Assembly: GCA_026770705.1 (NCBI GenBank)
Contig: JANJGN010000004.1
Span: 110,546,001-110,610,000, forward strand
Direction of reading: 5' to 3'
Source: Isurus oxyrinchus
Lineage: Eukaryota
DNA: 64,000 bases
Both the position numbers and the translations under genes were made by a program. How positions within the stretch are numbered: position 1 is the stretch's first letter; each line of letters begins with the position of its first letter. Of this stretch, positions 40,321 to 52,300 are shown piece after piece. Below the pieces are notes generated by a model. It made no database searches, was not told where the DNA came from, and worked only from the letters and a program-made list of their open reading frames with translations.

Positions 40321-41864
40321 CAGCAATCTTTATCTGGCATAATGATGTGTTCAGCTGTTAACCTGAACCCATTAGCTTGAAGCACTCTGATAGAATGCGG
40401 AGATCTGGAAGAGGAGATATGTTGAAAGGAACACTCGCTGTCAGCCCTTAAGAGCTGATTTCATTCCTTTAATCCTAATATTATTCAAAACACGTGTTTC
40501 ATGGGTGTAATGCTTTCTGTTTTTTTGCTGGACGCCTGAATGAATGAACTGTGAAAATAGACAACTTATTGGAATTTGGAATTGGCTCTGTGTTGTAAAA
40601 AGAAGCGTTTTTAAAACAAAAACACAATAATGTCTTGGAATATGTGCAATGCTGGGCTGGAATATGTATCAAGCCGTGAGGTGGGATGAACCAAAAATTG
40701 CACCAATAACTTAGTGATACTGATAACACTCATAAATCCCGTTACCAATCATATGAAAACTCACTGATAGTCCATATGTAACTGTTTGTAATAAATGTAA
40801 CACTGCAATATTCAATCTGTGACTAGTATAATCTTTATAAACTGCTGATCCAATAACTCCAGTGCTCATTGGCTCCCAGTCCAACAACACCTCACATTTA
40901 AAATTCTTATCCTAGTATTCATAGCTGGCTATGGTCTCACCCTTCCCTATCTCCCTGGTGGAAGCTAGTAGGCAGGACATTACTGTGGGGTTATGAAATT
41001 TAAAGGCCCAACTCCACAACAACCTGGAAGGATTGTTCTCGCCTGCCACTCTCTGGACAGATTAAGATGCAATGCCTGGGTTACTATTACTTGGAGTCTT
41101 TCCCAAGACTCACATTAAGGAAAGGCCTCCTCTGCCTCCTCCACCCCTGTGAGAAGCTCCCAAAATTTATGTGAATTAGAGCAAACCCTCAATTTCCCCA
41201 TCCACCAAGACTTCAATGACATCCCTCAACACCCTCCGAGATCACACACAACCTTTTGGGGCTTGCAAGCTTAACCTTCGACAATGCAACTTTGAAAGCC
41301 AAATAGAGTCCACAAGAAGTCACAAACACCTCTGGTCCCTGGCTTCAATCTTACACTAAGTTCACCGACAAGAATAAGCCGCAAACGTACAAGCTGATGC
41401 AAAAAATTGAAAACTAGACTCTCCAGTATGCAACTGTGGTCACCCAGAACAAACATAATGCATAGTCACTCAATGCCTGATTCACAAATACGAAGAAGGC
41501 ATCACAGAGATGCACTTGATTACTCCTGACTCCATTATCTGGCTTAACCACATGAATGTACAATTTGAGTTGTTACTCTTCAGCTAGGAGAAAGAGGAGA
41601 ACAGCAAGCTAGTGTGTGATCAAAGCCTGCCCAATCTTTCCCGCCCTGACTGGCACTCTACGATCTCTTCCAACTTTGTTCCATGGAAAATGGATTTGTG
41701 GTACTCCACTGAGGCCCATGCTTTTCCCCTCCCTAATCCTCTCCCCTCTTCCCCTGTTAACTTCTTGCTGGGTACGAGTTGTTTGGCAGTATTCACACAA
41801 ATTAACATTATTTGAGTGTGAGGCTTGGGCAATGAATGCCAGTCTATGGAAAATCCCACAACAA

Positions 41865-42670
41865 CTTCTATTTACACAGCACCGTTATCATAATAAAATG
41901 CACCGAGACCCTTCACAGAAGCATTATTGGACAAAATTTGACACTGAGCTACTAAAGCCTGTGACCGAAATCTTGGGGTGAAGGTGATAGCTTTTAAGGA
42001 GCATTTTAAAGGAGTAAAGAGAGGTAGAAAGGTTTAGGGAGGGAATTCAGGACATTTGGACCTTGGCTACTGAAGGCAGGGCCATCAATGGAGCGATTAA
42101 AATCAGGACGGCACAAGAAGCCAGCATTAGATGAACGTAGACATCTCAGGGGAGTTGTGGGACTGAAGGAGATTACAGAGTTGGGAGTGTTGAGGCATGG
42201 AGGGATTTGAAAACAAGGATGAGAAGCTTTAGTCAGGGTGTTGCTTAATCAGGAGCCGAAGTAGGTCAACGAGTGCAGGGTGACAGGTGCTTTGGATGAA
42301 CTCATGTTTATGGAGGGTAGAAGATGGGACACCAGCCAGGTGAATGTTGAAATAGTCAAACCTAGAGGTGCCAAAGGCATAGAGGAGAGTTTCAGCAGCT
42401 GATGAGCTGAGGCAGAGGTGGTATCGGGTAATGTAACAGAGATGGATAGGCATCCTTAGCGGTGGTGTGGATATGTGATCAGCGGCCTATCTCAGGGTCA
42501 AATATAAAATGAAGGCAGCACATAGTCTGGTTCACTCTCAGATGATTGCCAGGGAAAGGGACGGAATCTGTAGCTAGGGAATGGAGTTTGTGTTGGTTTC
42601 GGTTTTCCCAACGTTTAGTTCGAGGATATTTCTGCTGATCCAGTAGGGAGTGTTGGACAGCAGTCTGTCA
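41865..42670 (-). mobile_element. L2 LINE 3' fragment
   Basis: HLCYITRYHLCLSSSAAETLLYAFGTSRFDYFNIHLAGVPSSTLHK resembles the L2 ORF2 C-terminus (LIHAFVTSRLDY.N.LLAGLP). Confidence 0.8.
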
Positions 42671-42829
42671 AGGAATGCTAAAGGGTTGGTAAGGGATTTG
42701 GGAAGGGAAACCACTTGCAAGGGGAGAAATAATAGGAAGCATGATGGCGAGAGAGTGGGACCGATAAGGGATAAAAAGAAAAGAAAGTGAAAAAAACAGG
42801 GAGAAAAAGTGGGAACTCTGCAACAAGTA

Positions 42830-43385
42830 ACTCACCTCCCAGACCCAGTCCACCATCTACAAGGCACAGTCAAAAGTTGATTGAATACTCTCTGCTTGTC
42901 TGGATGAGTGCAGCTCCCACAACATTCAGGAAGCTTGACATCAACCAGGACAAATGAGCTCAATTGATCAGCGTCCCATTCGCTACCTTCAACCTTCTCA
43001 CTCTCCACCACTGATGCACAGTGACAGCAGTGTGTACTATCTAAAAGTGGCACTGCACCAACTCACCAGGGCTCCTTCAACGGCATCTCCCAAACCTATG
43101 GCCTCTATCACCTAGAAGGACAAGGGCAACAGGTACATGGGAACACCACCACCTGGAAGTTCCCCTCCAAGTCACACACCCTCCTGACTTGGAAATATAT
43201 CACCGTTCCTTCACTGTCACTGGGTCAAAATCCTGAAACCCCCTTTCTAACAGCACTGTGGGTGTACCTACACCACGTGAACTGCAGCAGTTCAAGAAGA
43301 TAGCTCACCACCACCTTCTCAGTGGCAATTAGGGATAGGCAATGAATGCTGGCCTAGCCAGTGATGCTCCCAAGAATGAAGAAAA
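42830..43385 (+). mobile_element. LINE 3' end (CR1/L2-group), partner of SINE A
   Basis: Decayed ORF IYKA...EYS..W.SAAPTT.RKLD..QDK; tail caattagggataggcaatgaatgctggcc. Confidence 0.8.
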
Positions 43386-43594
43386 AAAAGGATTGGGCAC
43401 AGGTCCAGAGCAGCCATCAAAACGCAAATATGTCACCAAACTCTATCCCACCCATCTTGTTGGCCACATACGCATATGCCTGTAAACACACAGCACACTT
43501 AGAGCAATTATTGCTGAATAACTCTGGTTTAATTCTCAATCCTCCCATCAGTAGTACTAAGACTAATTGTGGTACTTTGTGGAATAGGGACCAA

Positions 43595-44855
43595 AACTGT
43601 CACCTTCTTCCTTAACCGAGGTTTTCCAACCACGGTGGTTGACAGGGCCCTCAACCGTGTCTGGCCCATCTCCTGCACATCCCTCCTCACACCTTCCTCT
43701 CCCTCCCAGAACCACGATAGGGTCCCCCTTGTCCTCACTTATGTCCCCACCATCCTCTGCGTTCAAAGGATCATCCTCCGCCATTTCCGCCAACTCCAGC
43801 ATGATGCCACCACCAAACACATCTTCCCTTCACCCTTCACCTCCCCCCCCACCCCTCCCCCCCCCCACCCCGGTGGCTTTCCACAGGGATCGTTCCCTCC
43901 GGGACACCCTGGTCCAGTCCTACATCAACCCCTACACCACAACCCCCTCCCACAGCACCTTCCCATGCAACTGCAGAAGGTGCAACACCTGCCCCTTTAC
44001 TTCCCCCGTCCTCACCGTCCAAGGGCCCAAACAATCCTTTCAAGTAAAGTAGCACGTCACTTGCACTTTCCTCAATTTAGTCTGCTGCATTCGCTGCTCC
44101 CAATGTGGTCTCCTCTACATTGGAGAGACCAAACACAGACTGGGTGACCGCTTTGCGGAACAACTTCGGTCTGTCCGCAAGCATAACCCAGACCTCCCTG
44201 TCGCTTGCCATTTCAACTTACCACCCTGCTCTCATGCCCACATGTCCATCTTTGGCCTGCTGCAATGTTCCAGTGAAGCTCAATGCAAACTGGAGGAACA
44301 GCACCTCATCTTCCGCCTAGGCACTTTACAGCCTTCCAGACTTAATATTGAGTTCAATAATTTCAGATCATGAACTCTCTCCTCCATCCCCCACCCCCTT
44401 TCCAATCCCCCTTTTTCCAATAATTTATAATTTTTTTACAAATATATTTTTCTTTTCCCACCTATTTTAAAATTTATTTGCTATTGCTTTATCTCGACCT
44501 TTTAGCCCATTTCAATCCCTTGCCCCCCTGTCCCCCCTAGCTAGGGCCACCTGCCACTAGCTTGTCCTGCTTGCTACCCTTAATGTCCCCATTAACACAT
44601 TCCTTAGATAATATCACCACCGTCAACACCCCTTTGTCCTTTTGTCTATGACACCTTTGGCAATCTCTTCTTTGCCTTCACTGGCCCCCTATCGAGCTCT
44701 ACCTGTCCCACCCACTTCTACCAGCTTATATTTCATCCCATTTCTCTATTTCCTTAGTTCTGATGAAGGGTCATACGGACTCAAAACATCAACTGTATTC
44801 TTCTCCGAAGATGCTGTCTGACCTGCTGAGTTTTTCCAGATATTTCTGTTTTTGT
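43595..44855 (+). mobile_element. Penelope-like element 3' portion: Cys-rich linker, GIY-YIG endonuclease pseudo-ORF and pLTR
   Basis: FPCNCRRCNTCPF...FQVK*HVTCTFLNLVCCIRCSQCGLLYIGETKHRLGDRFAEQLRSV...PVACHFN...KLEEQHLIFRLGTLQPSRLNIEF, stop at 44371-44373; premature TAG at 44050. Confidence 0.9.
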
Positions 44856-45469
44856 CACCTTCTTGGTCTGATTCGACTGCCAGTTGCAACTTTCTTATGG
44901 CTGAGGAAAAAGAACTTAACCAATATTTATTACAAGTGTGTTTTCTCTGCCCTTCTGCAATTTCAGCTCGTTGTACAGGAGCAATGTGCACTTGAACCAA
45001 GAAAAAATGCCTATTTGAGCCATTTCTTACATTGACTCATTGCCCCTGGCAGATAGCCAGCATAAAAAGCACAGTACGTGCAGACTGGAAGCCATGGGTT
45101 GTGAGATTTCATAATATAGCCAACCAAAAAAAAATCATTGGCAGGTTCTTATCAGTGCTTCTTATTTAAATTCTATTTGTTTGTGTCACACTTGGATTTC
45201 ATTTTAAGATTTGGAGTTGTAGAGTGTTAAATCGTTTTGAAAGTTGTTTATACCTACATTTCACAGGAAAGATGATACACAGGAATCTTCGAAAAAAAGC
45301 ATTTCTATTATTGGACAGCGTGTTGATTTTTTTCTTTCAATGCACAGATGTTTTTCACAGTTTAAATTACCCCCACACACCCCCCTCCCTACCCCCATCC
45401 AACGCAGTGAAGGGAGGCAATCTGTTCATATACATCTATCAATGTCTCAGGCTACAAGTGTGGCCCCAA

Positions 45470-45790
45470 AACTTACGGTTACCTGTCATTTTAATTCTCC
45501 CACCCACTCCCACTCTGATCTCTCTATCCCCAGTCTCCCACACTCTTCCAATGAAGCCCAAATGAAGCTCAAGGGTCAATGCTGCCTCTTTTGATTAAGC
45601 ACTTTACAGTATTCTAGACTCAACGTTGAGTTCAGCAATTTCAGATCATAGCCTCTTTTTCAGAGAGCAGCTGTTAATGATGATCCCATTGTTGCCATTT
45701 ACACCTCCCCTAGACCCGTCTTTGTTTCTTTACTTGCCCCATTACCATCCCCCTTGTCTTGCACCAATATCCCATTTGTTATTCAATCTC
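45470..45790 (+). mobile_element. Older Penelope-like GIY-YIG C-terminal fragment
   Basis: Homologous to 44190-44375 (gcactttacag...ctcaacgttgagttcagcaatttcagatcata). Confidence 0.65.
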
Positions 45791-46232
45791 TGCAGCAAGT
45801 AATGAGAAAAGCTAATAGAATGCTGTCATTTATTGCGAGGGAAATTGAATACAAAAGTAGGGACGTTATGCGGACATTGGCGAGACCACATCTGGAGCAC
45901 TGTGTACTGTATTGGTCTCCTTATTTAAGGAAGGATGTAAATGCGTTGGAAGCATTTCAGAGAAGGTTCTAAACAATTACCTGGAGTGGTCTTATGAGGA
46001 AAGGTTGGACAGGCTAGGTTTGCATCCACTGGAGTTGTGATTGAAACATATAAGATCCTGAGGGGTCTTGACAGGTTGGATGTGGAGAAGATATTTCCTC
46101 TTGTGGGAGAATCGAGAACTAAGGGTCACTGTTCAAAAGTAAGGGTTGCCCATTTAGGACAGAGACAAAGAGAAACTTTTTTTCTCAGGGGGTCGTGAGT
46201 CTTTGGAAATCTCTTCCTCAAAAGACAGTGGA
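45790..46232 (+). mobile_element. CR1 fragment
   Basis: KANRMLSFIAREIEYKSRDV..LARPHLEHCVLYWSPYLRKDVNALEAFQRRF. Confidence 0.85.
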
Positions 46233-47465
46233 GGCAGGGAGTGTCCCAGATTTTCACTAAGTGAGGTAGCGGGCAGGAAAAAGAATGTTTTACCTGCTGG
46301 CCTCAATGGTGGCTTTTCACGCTGTAGTGTCCCTTATTAATCATGCATTCCTGGGAAACACACCATTTTGCTGTCAGGCGGCCTCTGATTCACCCGCCAC
46401 ACCATCATCTCGTTGCTTCCGCATGCTGGGCACCATATTTAAAGTGCAACCTCAAGCAGGCCTCTCAGTGTTTCCAGCCCAGGACTGCTGCACAGAAGAC
46501 ATGGCCCAAAAAGGCAAGAAGACTGCAACGCCCCCAATTCAGTGACGGGTTCCTTGGAATGCCTTTTGAACGCTATGGATGCCCACCAAGATGTCCTCTA
46601 CCCCCACTCTGGTCAAAGGCCAGCAAGCAAGAGAACAAATCCAGCATGGGATGTGGTGGCAGCGGTGGTCAGTGCCAGCGCCCGGCAAAAGAGGATAGCC
46701 GCCCAGTGCCAAAAGAGAATGAATGATCTCCTCTGTTCTGCCAGGATAAGTCACTCTTCTCATCACTCTCAACCCACACAGTCACAAACCCATCATAGAT
46801 CCACAGGGATCTCACACCTCAAGGAACAACACCACTAACTCTTACACACATCCTCACATCTCCTTCAGGCTCATATCCTCTGGAGCTCACATCTTCATCC
46901 CATCCATGGCTCCACTCATCGCACAAACATTCCACTCAGTGCCATGCGTCGTGCTCACACTCTCTCCTTCTGATTTCACACAAGAGAAGCTGGCTCATAA
47001 CAGGAGGGAGAGGTCCCAGGCCGGAGGTGGAATGGACCACCATAGGCCCCTCACTCACTTTGAGGAGCGTGTTATCGCACTGAGTGGCGAGGACATGGAC
47101 TCTGCAGAGACCATGAGATCGGCAGCGAACATCCATATGAGGATCCTGCACCACATCATCCCTTACAGCACAAATGTGAATGCTCTCTCTCTTGCTTTTG
47201 ACTCTGCTGCCATGCACTCATTATCTCTACTTTGGTTCACAGGGAGCTCTGTCAAGCGACCGACACCCTCAACCAGCCAGTCCCTCAGCTCTGCCCAGGT
47301 CCTCACCGCCAGCCAAGAGGATACCTCCTCCATTGAAGGGCTAGAAATAAGCAGCCTGGAAGACCCGTCACAGCGCTTACGCACACCCTCTACCAGTGCA
47401 GACTCACTCACCTCGGTGGGACCTAAATCTAGAGCAGGTTTGGGTTCACAATCTGGTGGTCACCA
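46233..47465 (+). mobile_element. PIF/Harbinger-type element, copy 3, retaining a longer multi-exon Myb/SANT (MSANTD-like) pseudo-ORF
   Basis: Same left end as copies 1 and 2. MAQKGKKTA...SLECLLNAMDAHQDVLYP...PAWDVVAAVVSA...AAQCQKRMNDL, then EKLAHNRRERSQAGGG...PLTHFEERVIAL. Right TIR not seen. Confidence 0.75.
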
Positions 47466-47519
47466 CCATTCCCTCCTACCATGCCCACTCTCATTTTGCT
47501 CCCCAGGAGGCAGTCAATG

Positions 47520-47960
47520 ATCCCACAGATCTCTCCCTGCACATTCACCTGGACATTCCCCGTTACTCCTTCCTCCCCCTTATTCCTTCCCCCTTCCTTA
47601 CTCCTTCCTCCACCCTACTCCTTCCACCCTCCCTACTCCTTCCTCTACCCTTACAGCTTCCCCCCTCCTTACTCCTTGCCCCCATTCTGGACTGCTTCCC
47701 CTCCCCCAAAGCCTGATCCCTCTCTGAACTTCTTCGCTTATACTTCCCCCCCCCTTACACCTACCTCCCCAGTTGCCGCATTATCCCTGTTACACCTTCC
47801 TGCCCCCCATACTCCATCCCCTCCCAATCTCACCCACCCGACACATTTGTTCATCCCTCCCAACCTCACCCCCCTTACGCCTTCATTTCCCCCTCCCAAA
47901 CTCATCCCTTGACACACCTTCCTCTCCCAGTCAAACCTAGACCTTCTTCGCCACCCCCTC
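47520..47960. repeat. C/T-rich low-complexity tract
   Basis: Runs of cctactccttcc and ccc; almost no G on the plus strand. Confidence 0.8.
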
Positions 47961-47994
47961 GACAATCATCTGAGGCAGACCATGGCCAAGAGAT

Positions 47995-48300
47995 TGATGC
48001 CCAGTTTGGGTTCCACCAGGGCCACTCATCTCATCAGCTTTGGTTCAAACATGGACAAAAGAGCTGAACTCCCGAGGTGAGGTGAAAGTGACTGCCCTTG
48101 ACATCAAGGCAGCATTTGACTGAGTGTGGCATCAAGGAGACCTAGCAAAACTGGAGTCAATGGGAATCAGGGGGAAAGCTCTCCACTGGTTGGAGTCATA
48201 CCTAGCTCAAAGGAAGATGGTTGTGGTTGTTGGAGGTCAGTCATCTCAGCTCTAGGACATCACTGCAGGAGTTCCTCAGGGTAGTGTCCTAGGCCCAACA
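47995..48300 (+). mobile_element. LINE reverse transcriptase fragment
   Basis: QFGFHQGHS...ALDIKAAFD*VWHQG.LAKLESMGIRGK.LHWLESYL..RKMVVVVGGQSS...TAGVPQGSVLGP. Confidence 0.85.
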
Positions 48301-48469
48301 TCTCCAGGTATCACTGTCATTGTCTGGGAAATTGTGTAAGATACATGTTTGTTACATACATTTCGGTTTATTTTTAAAAGCATTTGTTATCTCATTATCA
48401 TGCACCATTCTCCAGCCAAGAAAGTTCAGGGAAGTGACTCATCCTGTAGTCTCTGCCAACAATATTTCA

Positions 48470-48850
48470 TAGGATTATTCAAGATTAAGAGGGATTTCAG
48501 GAGAGTTTCTAATTAGGGCAAAATTGTTTACAGTGGTGGGTGGGGGAGGTGGGGAAGATGGGAGGGGGTTGGAACCAAAAGATTGAAGATAATTGGCCAA
48601 AAAAACAGAGGGAAGATGAGAATTGTTTTTACATAGCGAGTTGCTGTGATCAGGAAAGTGCTGCCTGAAAAGGTGGTGGAAGCAGATTCAATAGGAGCTT
48701 TCAAAAGGGAGCTGGATCTGTAGTTAAAAATGTGAGTTTTGCAAGGCTAGTGGGGAGCAGGCACAGGAAAAAGCAGGTAGCTAATTCAAAGAGCTGGCAT
48801 AGAAGCAAAAGGCTGAATGGCCACCTTCTGCGCTGTATTATTCTCTGAAT
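48470..48850 (+). mobile_element. CR1 3' fragment
   Basis: ctgcctgaaaaggtggtggaagcagattcaata...gctgaatggccaccttctgcgctgta. Confidence 0.7.
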
Positions 48851-49286
48851 CTAATGCCAAGCCTGTAGACAGGGACAGAAAATCAGAGTGAGTCACACCG
48901 CCTTGTCTTAAAGGCTCCCTATAAACCTTGGCCAAGACCCAGAGGTTAATTATCTGTCCTCCCCACCAGAGAAAATGCTCATGACAAAGAGTCCAAACTT
49001 GTAGAAGAGGTTAATAGAGAGAAAAATAAATACGTACTAAAAAAAGAACATTCTAATAATATGTGATAAATGTAGACATGTAAACCGCAGTTTCTCAGAG
49101 TGAAATTGGAACATTTGGTCCAAACATTTTAAAGGTTATTATGGAACAGATATGTGATTATGGAAAAAGAGACATTAACCCAAATGTTCCTGCTGTGTGA
49201 GAATATGTTGAGCAGAGCACACTAGGTTACTCCATCAGGGCCACCCACCTGGTGCCCAAATTCTGGCTGGATTTAAGTTGGAATTA

Positions 49287-49345
49287 TATAGACTTTGCAC
49301 CACAGAAACAGGCCATTCGGCCTAAAGGTCTCTACAGGTGTATTG
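49287..49345 (-). mobile_element. Extreme 3' tail of a CR1-type element, antisense, running directly into the satellite
   Basis: tatagactttgcaccacagaaacaggccattcggcc matches the reverse complement of the CR1 tail at about 34246-34282. Confidence 0.75.
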
Positions 49346-52300
49346 TTGTAGGTCTGTACAGGCATGTTGTAGGTCTGTACAGGCGTGTTGTAGGTCTGTA
49401 CTGGTGTGTTGTTGTAGGTCTGTACAGGTGTGTGGTTGGAGGTCTGTACAGGCGTGTTGTAGGTCCATACTGGTGTGTTATTGCGGGTCTGTACAGGTGT
49501 GTGGTTATAGGTCTGTACAGGTGTGATGTAGGTCTGTACTGGCGTGTTGTTGTAGGTCTGCACAGGTGTGTTGTTATAGGTCTGTACAGGCGTGTTGTAG
49601 GTCGGTATGGTGTGCTGTTGTAGGTCTGTACTGGTGTGTTGTAACAGGTCAGCACAGGTGTGTTGTAGGCCTGTACTGGTGTGTTGTTGTAGGTCTGTAC
49701 AGGTGTGTTGATATAGGTCTGTACAGGGGTGTTGTAGGTCTGTACTGGTGTGTTGTTGTAGGTGTGTACAGTTGTGTTGTTATAGGTCTGTACAGGCGTG
49801 TTGTAGGTCTGTACTGGTGTGTTGTTGTAGGTCTGTACTGTTGTGTTGTTATAGGTCTGTACAGGTGTGTTGTATGTCTGTACTGTTGTGTTGTTGTAGG
49901 TTTATACAGGTGTTCTGTTATATGTCTGAACAGGCATGTTGCAGGTCTGAACTGGTGTGTTGTTGTAGATCTGTACAGGTGTGTTGTTATAAGTCTGAAC
50001 AGGTGTGTTGTAGGTATGTACTGGTGCGTTGTTGAAGGTCTGTACAGGTGTGATGTTATAGGGTCTGTACAGGCATGTTGTAGGTCTTTACTGGTATGTT
50101 GTTGCAGGTCTGTAACATAGAATGTGCAGTTGTGTTGTTATAGGTCAGTACAGGTGTGGTTTTGTAGGTCTGTACTGGTGCCTTGTTGTAGGTCTGTATT
50201 GGTGTCTTTTTGTAAGACTGTACTGATGTGTTGTTGTAGGCCGGTACTGGTAAGTTGCAGGTCTGTACTGGGATGTTGTTGTGCGCCTGCACAGGTGTAT
50301 TGTTGAAGGTCTGTACTGGTGTGTTGTAGGTCTGAGCTGGTGTGTTGTAGTAGGTCGGCACTAATTTGGTGTTCTAGGTCTGTGTTGGTGTATTGTTGGT
50401 CTGTGCCGGTGTGTTGTTGTAGCTCTTTACTGGTATGTTGTAGTTCCGTACAGATTTGTTGTGCATCTGCACTGGTGTGTTGTTGTAGGTCTGTGCTGGT
50501 GTGTTGATGAAGGTCAGTGCTGGTGTGTTGTTGTAGGTCTGAGCAGGTATGTTCTTGTAGGTCTGTGCTGGTGTGCTGTTGTAGGTCTGTGCTGGTGTGT
50601 TGTTGTAGGTCCGTACTGGTGTGCCGTTGTAGGTCTATGCTGGTGTGTTGTTGTAGGGCTGTGCTGATGTGTCGTTGAAGGTTTGTACTGATATATTGTT
50701 GCAGGACTGGGCTGGTATGTTCTTGCAGCTCTGTACTGTTGTGTTGTTGTAGGTCTGTACCGGTATATTATTGTAGGTCTCTGCTGGTGTGTTGTTGTAG
50801 GTCTGTGCTGATGTGTTGTTGTAGGTCTTTGCTGGTGTGTTGCTATGGGTCTGTGCTGGAGCGTTGTTGCAGGTCTGTGCTGGTGTGTTGTTAGAGGTCT
50901 GTACTGCTGTGTTGTTGTAGGCCTGTGCTGGTATGTTCATGCAGGTCTGTGCTGGTGTGTTGTTATAGGTCTGTGCTGGTGTGTTGTTGCAGGTCTGTAC
51001 TGGTGTGTTGTTGGATTGTGCTGCTGTGTTGTTGTAGGTCTGTACTGGTGTGTTGTTGTAGATCGGCATTATTTGTTTATCGAGGTCTGTGCTGGTGTGC
51101 TGTTGGTCTGTGCCGCTGTGTTTTTGTACGTTTTTACTGGTATGTTGTAGGTCTGTACTGGTTTGTTGTGCATCTGCACTGGTGTGATGTTGTAGGTCTG
51201 TGCTGGTGTGTTGATTAAGATCAGTGCTGGTGTGTTGTTGTAGGTCAGTGCTGGTGTGCCGTTCTACGTCTGTGCTGGTTTGCTGTTGTAGGTCTATGCT
51301 GGTGTGTTGTTGTAGGTCTATACTGGTGTGTCATTGTAGGTCTGTGCTGGTGTGTTGTTGAAGGTCTTTGCAGGTGTGTTGTTGAAGGTCTTTGCAGGTG
51401 TGTTGTTGAAGGTCTTTGCTGTTGTGTTGATGTACGTCTGTGCTGGTATGTTGTTGTAGGTCTGTTCTGATGTGTTGTTGTAGGTCTGTGCTGGTGTGTT
51501 GTTCTAGGTCTGTGCTGGTGTGTTGTTGTAGGACTGTGCTGGTGTGTTGCTGAAGGCCTTTGCAGGTGTGTTGTTGTTGGTCTGCGCTGGCGTGTTGTAG
51601 TAGGTCTGTGCTGGTGTGTTGTTGTAGTTCTTTGCAGGTGTGTTGTTGTAATTCTTTGCTGGTGTGTTGTCGTAGGTCTGTGCTGTTGCTTTGTTGTAGG
51701 TCATTGCAGGTGTGTTGTTGTTGGTCTGTGCTGGCATTTTGTTGTAGGCCTTGCTGGTGTTTTGTTTTAGGACTTGCCAGATGTGCTTTTGGAGGTCGTT
51801 GCTGGTGTGTTGTTGTAGGTCTGTGCTGGTGTGTTGTTGCAGGTCTGTACTGGTGTGTTGTTGGATTGTGCTGCTGTGTTGTTGTAGGTCTGTGCTGGTG
51901 TGTTGTTGTAGATCGGCATTATTTGTTTATCGAGGTCTGTGCTGGTGTGCTGTTGGTCTGTGCCGCTGTGTTGTTGTAGGTTTTTACTGGTATGTTGTAC
52001 ATCTGTACTGGTTTGTTGTGCATCTGCACTGGTGTGTTGTTGTAGGTCTGTGCTGGTGTGTTGATTAAGATCAGTGCTGGTGTGTTGTTGTAGGTCAGTG
52101 CTGGTGTGCCATTGTACGTCTGTGCTGGTGTGCTGTTGTAGGTCTGTGCTGGTGTGTTGTTGTAGGTCTATCCTGGTGTGTCATTGTAGGTCTGTGCTGG
52201 TGTGTTGTAGGTCTTTGCAGGTGTGTTGTTGAAAGTCTTTGCAGGTGTGTTGTTGAAGGTCTTTGCTGTTGTGTTGAAGTACGTCTGTGCTGGTATGTTG

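Noticed and set aside
39567-40361. ORFs of 118-149 aa across the CpG island as a divergent gene
   Set aside because: GC-rich, stop-poor sequence with no recognisable domain and no supported downstream exons.
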